From Amphiscolops sp. MND2022 (Eukaryota): a stretch of 64,000 bases of DNA. Shown in pieces: positions 25,798-37,079 of the stretch. Position 1 is the first letter of the stretch, and each line of letters begins with the position of its first letter. The notes below the pieces were generated by a model, which saw nothing but the letters and a program-made list of their open reading frames with translations, was not told where the DNA came from and did not search any database. Position numbers and translations under genes: made by a program. The DNA lies in contig OZ076409.1 of the NCBI GenBank assembly GCA_964187785.1, forward strand, positions 95,792,001 through 95,856,000, read 5' to 3'.

Positions 25798-28691
25798 ATG
25801 AAAAACAACAAAACCTGCAACGCTCCAAGTGTCTGAAGCCATCAGGGTTGATAGACTGGATAAATTGTAGGCTTTGCAACGGATGGGTTCACATAAAATG
25901 CGCCAATTTGTCAAGAACGGAATCCCGGAATCTTGCCGAATTTAAATGTAGAAGGTGCTCTTTAGTGAACACAATCCCTCAGTGTCAGGATGATAACTTT
26001 AGAGCAGACACCCTTTTTAATTCAGGCGTTGTTCACTTGAAAAGTGTTCCTAAAAATTCACGGATCCTCCTAGCTGAAAATTTGATTCCCAAAATTAATG
26101 ATATTTGTGAAACCCCGTCAAATATAGCCTTGTGGTGCTTACTGCTCTCCTCTCTAAGCTATTTTTCGGAAAAATCACCTCGAGGAGGTAAACGTCAGAG
26201 GTCATCACTTAGTGCAATTATCAACAAGCGTATTCGGGATGGTGTCATTGAGAAAAAACCGAAACGCGACAGAAAACCGCAGCAGAAAAGCGAGTTAGAT
26301 CGACGACTGCGTTCCATTTGCACTAAATTAGACGAAGGTAATGTTAAGGCCGGAATCAGAATGGCAGTAGGCGACGACAAGATTGCAGATTTCACGGTCG
26401 ACAACTACGCTGCCCTTAAGCTGAAACATCCGCAGAGAGAAACTTGCTCTGTTCCGGACCCCACAGATATGGATTGTTTTTCAACCTCGGAGTTTTTTGT
26501 CCACAAGGCTCTTATGTCCTTCCCCAACGGCTCTAGTGCAGGGTTGGACGGCATTTTGCCCCAAATTTTGAAAGATTTGACTGCCAAGTCGAACGGGCAA
26601 ACTGGACTGAATTTTCTCAGAGCCTTAACAAATCTTGTGAATGTGATTCTCGAAGGAAAAGTACCTTTCGAACTTCGGCCGTACTTCTTTCGTACGAAAC
26701 TAATTGCGCTCAAAAAACCCGATGGAGGACTTCGTCCTATCGCTGCTGGAAATACTTTCCGCCGATTGTCCGCAAAATGTGCCGGATACCATGTCTTCGA
26801 ATCACGTCAAACAAGATATGGAAATCGACAAGTAGGTGTAGGTACCAAAAGGGGCGCTGAATTGGCCTCACATGTTTTCCGTCGTTTGATAGAAAGCTCT
26901 CAGCCCAAAGAAAACGTAATTTTAAAATTTGACTGTGAAAACGCTTTCCATTCGATAAACCGGCAATTCATGCTAGAGAAAGTTTTTGAAATACATCCTG
27001 AAGTTTATAAGTATTCACACTCTGCGTACAGTCAGCCAAGTTTTCTTTTTTACGGTGATTCAGTAATCAATCAATCTCGTGAAGGGACCCAGCAAGGAGA
27101 TCCTGAGTCTCCAGCTTTGTTTCCGGATTCCATTCAGGATCTGATTAACAGTTTGGAGTCGAAAATAATTTTATGGTACCTTGACGATGGAAATTTAAGT
27201 GATGATTACCGAACCGTTTTGAAAGATCTCAAAAACATTGTCGAAGCGGAAAGAACGCTGGGACTCAAAATTAAACCCACGAAATGTGAATTTTTTTTCA
27301 CTGGTGACATCACTGAAAAACGACGATCGACAATTTTAGCATCTTTCCAAAAACTTTGCTCCGGAATCAAAACACCAAAGAAAGATGAACTTATCATTCT
27401 TGATTCACCGCTCGGTCAGATATCACAAGCAGACCTATTGGAAAAGAAAATTAATGAACTGGAAAAAGTTAACGGGGTTGATGAAAAACTAGATGCGCAC
27501 TATGGTTTCTTTATGTTGAAAAATTGCTTCAGTTTGCCAAAGTTGTTGTACTTCCTGAGAACCAGTACATGTTTTAATCATCCAGCTCTCTTGGAGGAAT
27601 ATGACAAAACCATAGGCGACGGGCTTTCCAAAGTGTGTAACGTGAACTTCGACGTTATTTCGAGTAATCAGCTTGCTCTGTCCGCTGAGATGGGTGGTCT
27701 TGAGGTTTCATCCGCATCAATTTTAGCACTTCCCGCCTTTTTGGCCTCAGCTGTTGGTGCGAGTGACTTTCTCACGATGATTTTCTCGGAAACATTCGAA
27801 GATGTTTCGTTCACAAAAGCGCTTGAGAAGTGGTTGAATTTGACGAATGAACAGGAAAGTCCTCTCGATGGAACTCAAAAAAATTGGACACCACCTTTCT
27901 ACGTCAAAACCGCCCAAGATTTGATTTCTAGAATGGATGACAAACGTTCGAAAATTTTCAACGCTCATCAGGGCAAATTCGGGTCTCAATGGCTGAACGT
28001 CGTTCCTTGCAAGAACCTAGGGCTGAAACTTGATGATCAGCAACTTCGAATTTCAATTGGTTTGCGTCTCGGTGCCAACATATGCGTTGCGCATACGTGC
28101 TACCGTGGTAAAAGAGTTGAACAGGACGGTTTACACGGTCTTTTTTGCACCAAGGGTGCTGGTCGCTTCTCACGTCATGCTACTCTCAATTCCCTCATGA
28201 AGCAGATGTGGGATCTCTCGAATTGCCTTCAATGCTCGAACCGCGTGGACTGTACCGAACTGATGGCAAACGCCCAGACGGTGTTACCATGATTCCTTGG
28301 GAAATGGGTAAACAGCTGGTGTGGGGTGTCACGGTTGTGGATGCTCTAGCACCCAGTCGCCTGAATCAAGGCTCTTTATGCAACCCGGGAACCACCGCCA
28401 CCGAGGCTGAAGCGCGTAAAATTGAGAAGTATCGCGAATTGATAGACAATGGATACAATTTCCAGCCAGTGGCCTTGGAAATACAGGGTTCTTTAGGCGA
28501 GAGCAGTGATATTTTGATCACGCGTCTCTGTAAAATGTTCTGTCGTTCGCGCAACGGATTTCAAGGGCTCTTCGGATCGGCAATGCGGCCTGTCTTCTAG
28601 GAACTGTGAGCGACAGAGATGCGTTCGAAGAAATTTATTACATATAGCCTATTTTTTTTTGAACTTTATGTCAAAACAGCTATAAAAAAAA
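25798..28691 (+). mobile_element. CRE-like non-LTR retrotransposon (PHD finger, RT, Zn knuckle, restriction-like endonuclease), frameshifted
   Basis: KKPDGGLRPIA, QQGDP and WYLDDG (RT); C..H...C knuckle followed by RH; KRPDGVT...EARKIEKY...FQPVALEIQG (RLE); probable ATG 25798 with frameshifts near 25827 and 28205; A-tail at 28684-28691. Confidence 0.9.
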
Positions 28692-28746
28692 TTCCCCGGT
28701 TGACTGCATAGTGGCTGGTTTGAGTAGTTTGTTGGTTGGTTTTTTT

Positions 28747-29094
28747 GGGTGGCTGTAAATAGGTCGAATTTTTCTGGTCGAAAGGACAGAGGTCGAAACT
28801 TGTGATCGAATTGCAGGGATCGAATGGAATGCGGTCGAATTTTATCGTGTTGGTTGTATGGCTCGGTCGCTTCGCTCCCTTCACCAAGTAGCAACATTGA
28901 GGCATGGCCGTATGGCACGTCGCTCCGCTTCGCTTCGCTCCTGCATTCAGGGCACTAGGGGTATGTGAACATATCTGACTACGTTACAAAAATTTCGATC
29001 CGAGTTGTTTCGATCCCATTCAAAAATTTGGTATGTCGACCTGAGGACTAACTCTGATTTTTGATCCCGTTCCTTCGACCTACTTCCGCCCACC
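28747..29094. mobile_element. Mutator-like MITE with GGTGG...GGTCGAA termini, copy 1
   Basis: Imperfect TIRs, GTCGAA/TTCGA subterminal repeats, T-rich flanks; near-identical to 33456-33805. Confidence 0.8.
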
Positions 29095-29161
29095 TTTTTT
29101 TTGTTACTGGTATAACAACAGCGTTGTTAGTGATAAGTGGAATGATTGGTGAGATTAAGTA

Positions 29162-29242
29162 AGCTAATTGGTCTAAGGGTTAAGGCGCTTGACTGCTAGC
29201 TAGATCTGTCTTGAGATGCAGGTTCGAATCCTGTAATAGCTA
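29162..29242 (+). tRNA. tRNA-Ser(GCT)-like sequence in the left repeat, probably non-translational
   Basis: D stem GTCT/AGGC, long variable arm ATCT-GTCTTG-AGAT, T arm GCAGG-TTCGAAT-CCTGT, followed by TTTT; anticodon stem mismatched. Confidence 0.55.
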
Positions 29243-29417
29243 TTTTCTCACAATCATGTCGAGCTTGGGTTGTCAACTGGTAGCCATTACATAAGTGGCT
29301 TGAATCCCCAGTAGTTTGTGTTCAACTGGGAACTGTGTGGCATTAGCTTCAGTTAGAATGGGATAATAAAACAACGGCGTTGTTAGTGATAAGTGGAATG
29401 ATTGGTGAGAATAAGTA

Positions 29418-29498
29418 AGCTATTTGGTCTAAGGGTAAAGGCGCTTGACTGCTAGCTAGATCTGTCTTGAGTTGCAGGTTCGAGTCCTGTAATGGCTA
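29418..29498 (+). tRNA. tRNA-Ser(GCT)-like sequence in the right repeat, probably non-translational
   Basis: Acceptor stem AGCTATT/AATGGCT plus discriminator A; D and T arms intact; TTTT at 29499-29502; anticodon stem mismatched. Confidence 0.6.
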
Positions 29499-29735
29499 TT
29501 TTCTCACAATCATGTCGAGCTTGGGTTGTTATACTGGTCTACTGGTATAGTGAAAGAAAGAAAGAAAGAAAGAAAGAATTAAATTTTCTCTGATGCTATG
29601 TTTAAAAAATTAAACAATAGTACCAGTACAGAAGTTAAGTACAATGCAGTCAGTTTAAATAAAATATAGCACCAGAGGGGACCCTCTAAAGGTTATTATT
29701 CCTAAACGGGGGAGGACCCTCCAAACACAAGGGCA

Positions 29736-32390
29736 TCAATAAAAAACTATGTCTGCCAGACGTTCGCTACTTATTTTGTTTTTAATTTTTAATATCAATC
29801 TTTTAGTCTCATTTTCACCGATAGATTCATAATTGCGAGGTAATAGCTTCGTTTTTAGTAGATGACTCAGTAAGACAGTTCCACGATATTTTAGTGATTG
29901 TCGGCTAACTTGCATTCGTGCTTCAGGTACATAAAACATATTGGAAGAAACACTCCGAGTAAAAACAAGTGAATTTTTGTGGATAAATACGCTCTTGATA
30001 TTATGCAGTTGACTTTCTCTACTAGAAAGCACAGCGAATTTTAATATTTCAAATACGTATAGATCAAAAACATTCATAATTTCGCTTCTTTTGAACAATT
30101 CATCCGATGGATATCGTCTGTTTTTAAAATATGTAATACGGAAGATTTTTTTCTGAACAAGAAATATATCAATCAGTACACTCTTCCTCGTGCACCCGTA
30201 TATCAAGAGTCCGTATTGGATAATTGGTTTCATGTATGTTTTATAATATCGTATCACTTCCGAACTACTGGTGAAATGCCTTAGACGGTTAATAATGGAT
30301 ACATGTTTAGCTAATTTATTCAGTACTCGTTTGACGTGGAAACCATAAGTTAAATTTTTATCAAGTAAGAGACCCAGATTATTAACGTTTTCAGTACATG
30401 TTATTTCAGTATTTTTCAATACTATGCTTTCATCTTTGCAGTTTAAAAAATGGACCAATTCAGTTTTAGGAATATTTTGACTAAGTTTATTCATAGCCAT
30501 CCATCCAGGAATGTGTTCAACTTCATCTTGTAATGTAGATGTCTCATTTTTGGGTCTCGCGTAAACGCAATTAGCATCATCCGCAAAGAGAAACGGAATA
30601 TTGTTTTTACATGAGTTCAGGAAATCATTTACATGAATTATAAAGAGCAGTGGGCCAAGAATAGATCCTAATCATTTCTGTAATATCGGAGAGAGCGTAG
30701 ATGGGGCTTAGTTTTGACCTGAATCCAAATTGTCTTGGGTATAATAGCTTATTTTTATCCATGAAATTATATAATCGTTCATGCACAACACGTTCAAAGA
30801 TTTTGCTCCATACTGATAAAACAGATATGGGTCTGTAATTTTCACGTATAGATTTTTTGTCGGATTTGTATATCGGTACCACTCTCGCAGCTTTCAAAAC
30901 CTGAGGAAATGTTCCACTTTTTAGCGATTCATTCACGAGATGGGTTATTTTTTCAACTATTACATCGTGACTCACTTTTAGTATTTCTGCAGTCAGTCCA
31001 TCTAGACCAGGTGATTTATGGTTCTTAAGACTTTTTATAATCTTCGAAATCTCAGTGCCATCAGCTGGATAAAAAATAGTGATTTTTCATTAGTTTTTAT
31101 ACCATGAGTCGTGAATGGGACATTATCAATTGAAGCAGCTAAGGTTTTACTGATGGAAACAAATTTTTCATTGAACGATTCGGCCACATCAATATCATCC
31201 GTAATCAATTCATTTTTATAATTCTTGATAACAAAGTTGGAATTTTTTGTTGCTTTACCAGTGATTTTGTTCAGTTCTTTGTAGAAACATTTAGGATTAT
31301 TGATAAGCCCATTCAGGCGTGAATCGTAGTATTCGCGCTTGCTTTTACGAAGCTGTTGGTGCACATTATTTCTAGCTCTTGTGTAGCGTAGCTTGTTCTG
31401 ATAGGTTTTACAGCTCTTGTATCTGTGGGATCTACAATTTTTTCGAATTAAGGCCTTTTTTACTTCCTTTGTGAACCAAGGTCTTACGGCATCTTGGTGT
31501 TCTGATTGTTTTTCAACTGTGAAAGCCTAACTGCTTCCGATATTGCATTGGCAAACAATTCAGTAGATGCATTGATGTCCTGTCCTAAGTGTACAAGTTC
31601 CAGGCAATGTTTTAGGTCATTTAGACAGAGATTTGTTGCATTACCGTCCCAGAGAAATGGTCTATCCTTAATAAAATGTTGAGAACGAATGGATTTAGAT
31701 TTACTTAAATTCAAATCAACGTAGGTTGCAAAATGGTCTGTAATATACGTCTTGATAACTCCAAATTCCAGAGGCCTTTGGTAGTCATTATGGATTATAT
31801 GATCGATTAACGATTCTGAGTCAAGCGTTACACGGGTTGGTTCTTCGATTCCTTGGGTGCAACCATGAATTTCCAGCAATTTCAGATACCTATCTGCAAC
31901 ATGGTTGCATTCCAAGAGGTCAATTTTAATATCGCCTATTAGATAGTAGTTCTTAATTTGACTAAGAGACTCAAGAAGTAACTCAAACTGATCCAAGAAA
32001 TCCTGTTTATTTACGGAAGGCGAATTGTATAAGCATACAACGGTAAATTTTTCCTCATTCCTAGCGGTACAATTGACTCCAGTGTAGTTTAGATCAGGTA
32101 TAGAATCTTTCTGTATGTTAAGCTCCAAAAGTTCAAATGCCAGCGATTCATGGACATATATTGCAACACCTTCATTTCTTGTTGAACCGGTATCAAATTC
32201 CATAGGTGCATAGGATTCTAGTGCGTAGGCATTTTTGTCTGAGGATTCAGTCATCCATGTTTCGGACAAGCAAATAATAGACGGTTTGTTTTCACGAAAG
32301 GTATCTATATGCGTTTCTAATTCTTCAAAATTGTAGTCGATAGACCTTATGTTCAAATGAAAATTCCATTCGTTCTCAACACTTTGTTCT
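29736..32390 (-). pseudogene. LINE ORF2 (apurinic endonuclease + RT), frameshifted, with an RT internal deletion near 30668
   Basis: NIRS, CLSETW, IDHI, TDHF (APE); NYRPISVLS, QFGFR, GSILGPLLF, FADD (RT); the AFD...PQG segment is missing. Confidence 0.9.
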
Positions 32391-32819
32391 TTTAAGTTGT
32401 TTTAATGTTTAGTCTTTGATTTTTTACGTTTCAATTTGTTAGCTAGAGGGCCCCCTAACAAAAATGTAGACTACTTTTGCATACAGAGTAGACAAAATCA
32501 GGATCCCATTCGTATAATTTGAAGAGGCTATCAAAGACAGTTTTTGTATCATTTTGTTGATACACCACAATTTTTTCGTTATTCATGTTAACAGAAGTTA
32601 CATCTTGTCTTTGCCTCAATGCCTTAGCCAACCTTGCTCGTAGAAGCGTGAGATCATCGTTGATATAAATTTTGTTTCACAATCCTTGAGCTTCTTTTTG
32701 TTGGTCATCAGCCCGATTTTGGTCTGTCTCCTTACAAATTTTGCAATGATAGGGCGCTCTTGGCCAGTCTTCACATTTCTGCTGGGAACCCTATGGCAGA
32801 TGCTGATGTCCGCTCTGGA

Positions 32820-33388
32820 GGTAAATGGTCACTTGGCTTAATGCCACTTGGCTTAATGCCATTTGGCTTAAAGTCATTTGGCTTAATACAATTGGTCACT
32901 TGGCTTAGTTTTTTTAAGCTAAGTGTCTCGGGTATTGGTCACTTGGCCTAAAGTCATTTGACTTAAAACCACTTAGTTGAAAACACGTGGCAGATTTTGT
33001 CGAATTTATCTTTATAACGTAGTCAGCGTATTATTATAACGTCATATCAAGTACCCCTCGGATATGTCCTCATTTCCTCTAGTGCCCTGCGGCCCCTTGG
33101 GCCGCTTATATTCCCATCTTGCTAAGCGAGGTCGAACAGGAGCAAAGACCTAGCGGGAACGAAGATCGCGAAGCAATCGTAGTGGGAGCTGGTCTTTGCG
33201 ACGGTGAGGGCGAGCGTGCATACACCGAATATGCCCCACAATATGATATTTCCGGGAGTTGACATATTTATTCCTTGAGTTGGAATGGAGTTGGCTTAAT
33301 TTTGTGGTCACTTGGCTTAAAATTTTTAAGCCAAATGACTCGACGAAAAAAATAAGCCAAATGGTATTAAGCCAAGTGACTGGTAACC
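32820..33388. mobile_element. MITE with CACTTGGCTTAA subterminal repeats
   Basis: TIR GGT....GTCACTTGGCTTAAT; TSD (C)GCTCTGGA at 32811-32819 and 33388-33396 (8-9 bp). Confidence 0.85.
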
Positions 33389-33455
33389 GCTCTGGATACC
33401 TGACATCCCGCCTTTTCTGCCACATCGATCACAGCCTGATACACGTCCTCATTTA

Positions 33456-33805
33456 GGGTGGCTGTAAATAGGTCGAATTTTTCTGGTCGAAAAGACTGAG
33501 GTCGAACCTTTTGATCGAATTGCAGGGATCGAAAGGAATGCGGTCGAATTTTATCGTATTTGTTGTATGGCTCGGTCGCTTCGCTCCCTTCGCCAAGTAG
33601 CAACATTGAGGCATGGCCATATGGCACGTCGCTCCGCTTCGCTTCGCTCCTGCATTCAGGGCACTAGGGATATGTGAACATATCTGACTACGTTATAAAA
33701 ATTTCGATCCAAGTTGTTTCGATCCCATTCAAAAAATTTGGTATGTCGACCTGAGGACTAACTCTGATTTTGGATCCCGTTCCTTCGACCTACTTCCGCC
33801 CATCC
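33456..33805. mobile_element. Mutator-like MITE, copy 2 of 28747-29094
   Basis: TSD CCTCATTTA/CCTCATTTG (9 bp, 1 mismatch); inserted in LINE ORF1. Confidence 0.85.
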
Positions 33806-34626
33806 CCTCATTTGGTGCCTCCTCCACCCCAAATATGCGGACATTGTCCCGCCTTCCATTTTGCTGGTTTGAATCGGCATTGAAAAGACTGGACAGCTCT
33901 CCGCTGATTTGAGGTTGAACTTGAATTTTGGCAAGTTTGGACTGCAAGTCGGCCACCTCGGCTGCTGCACAAAAGCCACATAGGAAGGGGCGGTCCATGA
34001 AACCCTTGTGGATCTTTTTCGGGAGCCATGTGGGGACCCAGAATTGGCATCCCTTTCCCTTGTCGGGACCCTTGCCAGTACATTCGATTAGGTGGGTGGA
34101 CCCCTCTTCGTCTGATTGAGAGCCAGTTCTAGTAGTCGGCATCGCGTCTGAAACTATTTAATATGTTTATCACAACAATTAGGCTGCTATGGCTTAGTGG
34201 CTGGTATGGGGTTCCCTACTTTCGTTGCAGACCACGGGTGGGTGTCTTCTCCCCCCAACATGAAGATACACATGGCACTTGCTTGATGAAGATCCATGAG
34301 ATTTGATTTTTTGAAAGATAAAGAAAAAAATTGCCCCTAGTGCCCTTAATGCAGAAGCCACGCGCCCTATGGCAATCTCTCATTGTTGCTACTTGGCGAA
34401 GGGAGCCAAGCGACCGAGCCATCCAACCAATTTTCGACTACTTATGCAATCGTGCTGTTTTTTTGTTTTTTTTCTCCCGACCTTTTCATGAAATTTTCAA
34501 ATTTCTCAAAAACTGTCCATACGATTTTCACGAAATTTTGCACAGTCATTCTACACCATATTATGGTCATATATGTGCAATGGCATCAAAATCGTATGGC
34601 TGGGGTGTGAGAAACATAGCCAAAAT

Positions 34627-35438
34627 GGCGGACGGGAATAACGTCTAAGGAATAACGTCTAAATTGAAAACGGGAATAACGTCTAAATTTGAATCATTTT
34701 TCGGGAATAACGTCTAAAGTTTTAGACGTTATTCCCGTTTTTTTAGACGTTATTCCCGTTTTTTAGACGTTATTCCTGTTTTGAAAGTTGAACTTTCTGA
34801 AATCAAAAAAAATGAATTTCTGAATATTTTCACAACAAATGGCCGGCACAAAAATGGGTCCTGGCAAGTGTATTATTGTCTACGGTACCCTTAATTCGAA
34901 CAACAATTCATAGTTATTTATATTTCCCACTTAATGTGGGGGCGTATTCGGTGTATGCACGCTCGCCCTCACCGTCGCAAAGACCAGCTCCCACTACGAT
35001 CGCTTCGCGATCTCCGTTCCCGCTAGGTCTTTGCTTCTGTTCGACCTCGCTTAGCAAGATGGGAACATAAGCGGCCCCAAGGGGCCGCGGGGCACTAGAG
35101 GAAATGGGGACATATCCGAGACATGTTTTATACTTTGAATCACTTCATAGCATCAGATCTTAATTGACCTGAATTTTTTCAAATTCAGACGTTATTCCCG
35201 TTTTCGGACGTATTTTGACAATTTTTCTGTATTTTAGTCGTTTTTCTGTAATTAAGACGTTATTCCCGTTTTCAGGTTTAGACGTTATTCCTCTTTTTAG
35301 ACGTTATTCCTCTGTTTAGACGTTATTCCCGTTTTTTTAGACGTTATTCCCTAATTTTTCAGTTTAGATGTTATTCCTTTAGACGTTATTCCCGGTGGAC
35401 CTTTAGACGTTATTCCTTAGACGTTATTCCCTCCTCTA
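34627..35438. mobile_element. Mutator-like MITE with AGACGTTATTCC subterminal arrays
   Basis: 9-bp TSD AGCCAAAAT (34618-34626, 35439-35447); inverted arrays GGGAATAACGTCT / AGACGTTATTCCC. Confidence 0.88.
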
Positions 35439-35559
35439 AGCCAAAATTAGCCCAAAAATGGCCAAAAAACAGCCATTTTCGACTTTTTTCGCTCTTCTCA
35501 AAAACTGTCCATACGATTCGAACGAAATTTTCTACAGTTATTCTACACCATATTAGAGT

Positions 35560-36250
35560 GGGTGACACGAAACGGGTCGAAATAATCCGGTCGAATTGCA
35601 AGGGCGAAACTGTGATCGAACGAAATTGATCGAAGTAAAATGATCGAAGAAAATGGTCGAAAGTTTGCAAAAAACGGACCTATACCGAATAGAAAAATAG
35701 GAAAAGCGTCGAACAACTAGAAAGTGGTCAGAATTGCTCAAAAAATGTCAAAACGTTCAGAAATGCGATTTTTTGCAGAATGGACGAACTGTAACGCGTT
35801 TTTTTTTTAAGTACAAAACGTGCCTCGGATATGTCCCCATTTCCTCTAGTGACCCGCGGCCCCTTGGGGCCGCTTATATTCCCATCTTGCTAAACGAGGT
35901 CGAACAGGAGCAAAGACCTAGCGGGAACGGAGATCGCGAAGCGATCGTAGTGGGAGCTGGTCTTTGCGACGGTGAGGGCGAGCGTGCATACATCGCATAT
36001 GCCCCACATTATATAAACTAAAAGTGCCATTTGATGTGTTCACGACCGCGCTCACCCATAACGAAACCTGAAATTAGATTAAATAAGATTGTTGGTTAAT
36101 TTTTTCGACTAAATTCTATTTCGAAAAGCAGCTCGACCTTAATCGTTCGATCAATAAATGCTACATATTCAATTTCGACCCAATTATTTTTCGACCAGTT
36201 TCGACCTCAGTTTTTTCGACCAAACTTTTTCGACCTGGTTATGCGTCGCC
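35560..36250. mobile_element. Mutator-like MITE with GTCGAA/TTCGAC subterminal repeats
   Basis: 9-bp TSD TATTAGAGT (35551-35559, 36251-36259); imperfect TIRs starting GG. Confidence 0.88.
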
Positions 36251-37079
36251 TATTAGAGTCCTATATGTGCAATGGCATCAAAATCGTATGGCTGGGATGC
36301 GAGAAACAGTGCCAAAATTAGCCCAGAAATGGCCGAAAACAGCCATTTTTCGACTCTTTTCGATTTTCTCAAAAACTGTCCATACGATTCGAACGAAATT
36401 TTCTACAGTTATTCTACACTATATTAGGGTCCTATATGTGCAATGGCATCAAAATCGTATGGCTGGGATGTGAGAAACATAGCCAAAATTAGCCCAAAAA
36501 TGGCCAAAAAACAGCCATTTTTCGACTTTTTTCGATTTTCTCAAAAACTGTCCATACGATTCGGACGAAATTTTCTACAGTTATTCTACACCATATTAGA
36601 GTCCTATATGTGCAATGACATCCAAATCGTATGGCTGGGATGTGAGAAACATAGCCAAAATTAGCCCAAAAATGGCCAGAAAACAGTCATTTTTCGATTT
36701 TTTTTATTTTCTCAAAAACTGTCCATCCGATTCGAACGAAATTTTCTACAGTCATTCTACACGATAGGGCACGGTAATAAGTTCGAACGCACTTGATTGA
36801 TGACGAAGATCCATGGTATCTGATAGAGAGTAAAAAAAGAAAAAGAATATAGTAGAATATTTTACCGCGTATATTACGCGTTTAGCGACTGTCCATTTCT
36901 CTGAATTGAAATCTTAGGCACAGTTTGTAGCTTACCAGTTTACACTTCCCAGATTTTTAATGTATGTTGCATGACAAGTCGATAACTCAGCCATCCTTTC
37001 ATCACAATCTGACACAGTATTTGACTTTTTTCAGATTTCGATTCTAGTCTATGATAATGATTTTTTCATCTTTCGGTTG

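Larger units (their letters stand above)
29111..29533 (+). mobile_element. TRIM-like miniature LTR element with tRNA-like genes in its terminal repeats
   Basis: Direct repeats 29111-29277 and 29367-29533; 89-bp internal region starting with TGGTAGCCATTACA and ending with purine-rich AGAATGGGATAA; outer ends TATAACAAC/GTTGTTATA; flanking CTGG duplication. Confidence 0.7.
32455..34142 (-). pseudogene. LINE ORF1 with Cys-rich N-terminus, interrupted by two MITEs
   Basis: Removing 33456-33805 and 32820-33388 restores RRDNVRIFGVEEAPNE|DVYQAVIDVAEKAGCQVS|RADISICHRV...RPIIAKFVRR...NDDLT. Confidence 0.85.
29552..34200 (-). mobile_element. CR1/L2-group LINE (ORF1 + APE-RT ORF2) with (TTTC)n tail
   Basis: (GAAA)n at 29552-29578 is the minus-strand 3' tail; ORF1 and ORF2 remnants as listed separately; 5' boundary approximate. 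Confidence 0.88.
34329..36780 (-). mobile_element. Helentron/HINE-like element with an ~182-bp tandem repeat array, hosting two MITEs
   Basis: Repeated AAAACTGTCCATACGATT...GCAATGGCATCAAAATCGTATGGCTGGG units; subterminal GTGCCCT/AGGGCAC inverted repeat; A/T-run boundaries. Confidence 0.6.

Noticed and set aside
33049..33242. Shared hairpin cassette as a hammerhead or HDV ribozyme
   Set aside because: No CTGANGA/GAAA core or convincing HDV pseudoknot seen on either strand by eye; an Infernal search would be needed.
34633..35430. Many AGACGTTATTCC repeats, superficially CRISPR-like
   Set aside because: Short irregular spacing, both orientations, no cas genes, and bounded by a 9-bp TSD; these are MITE subterminal arrays.
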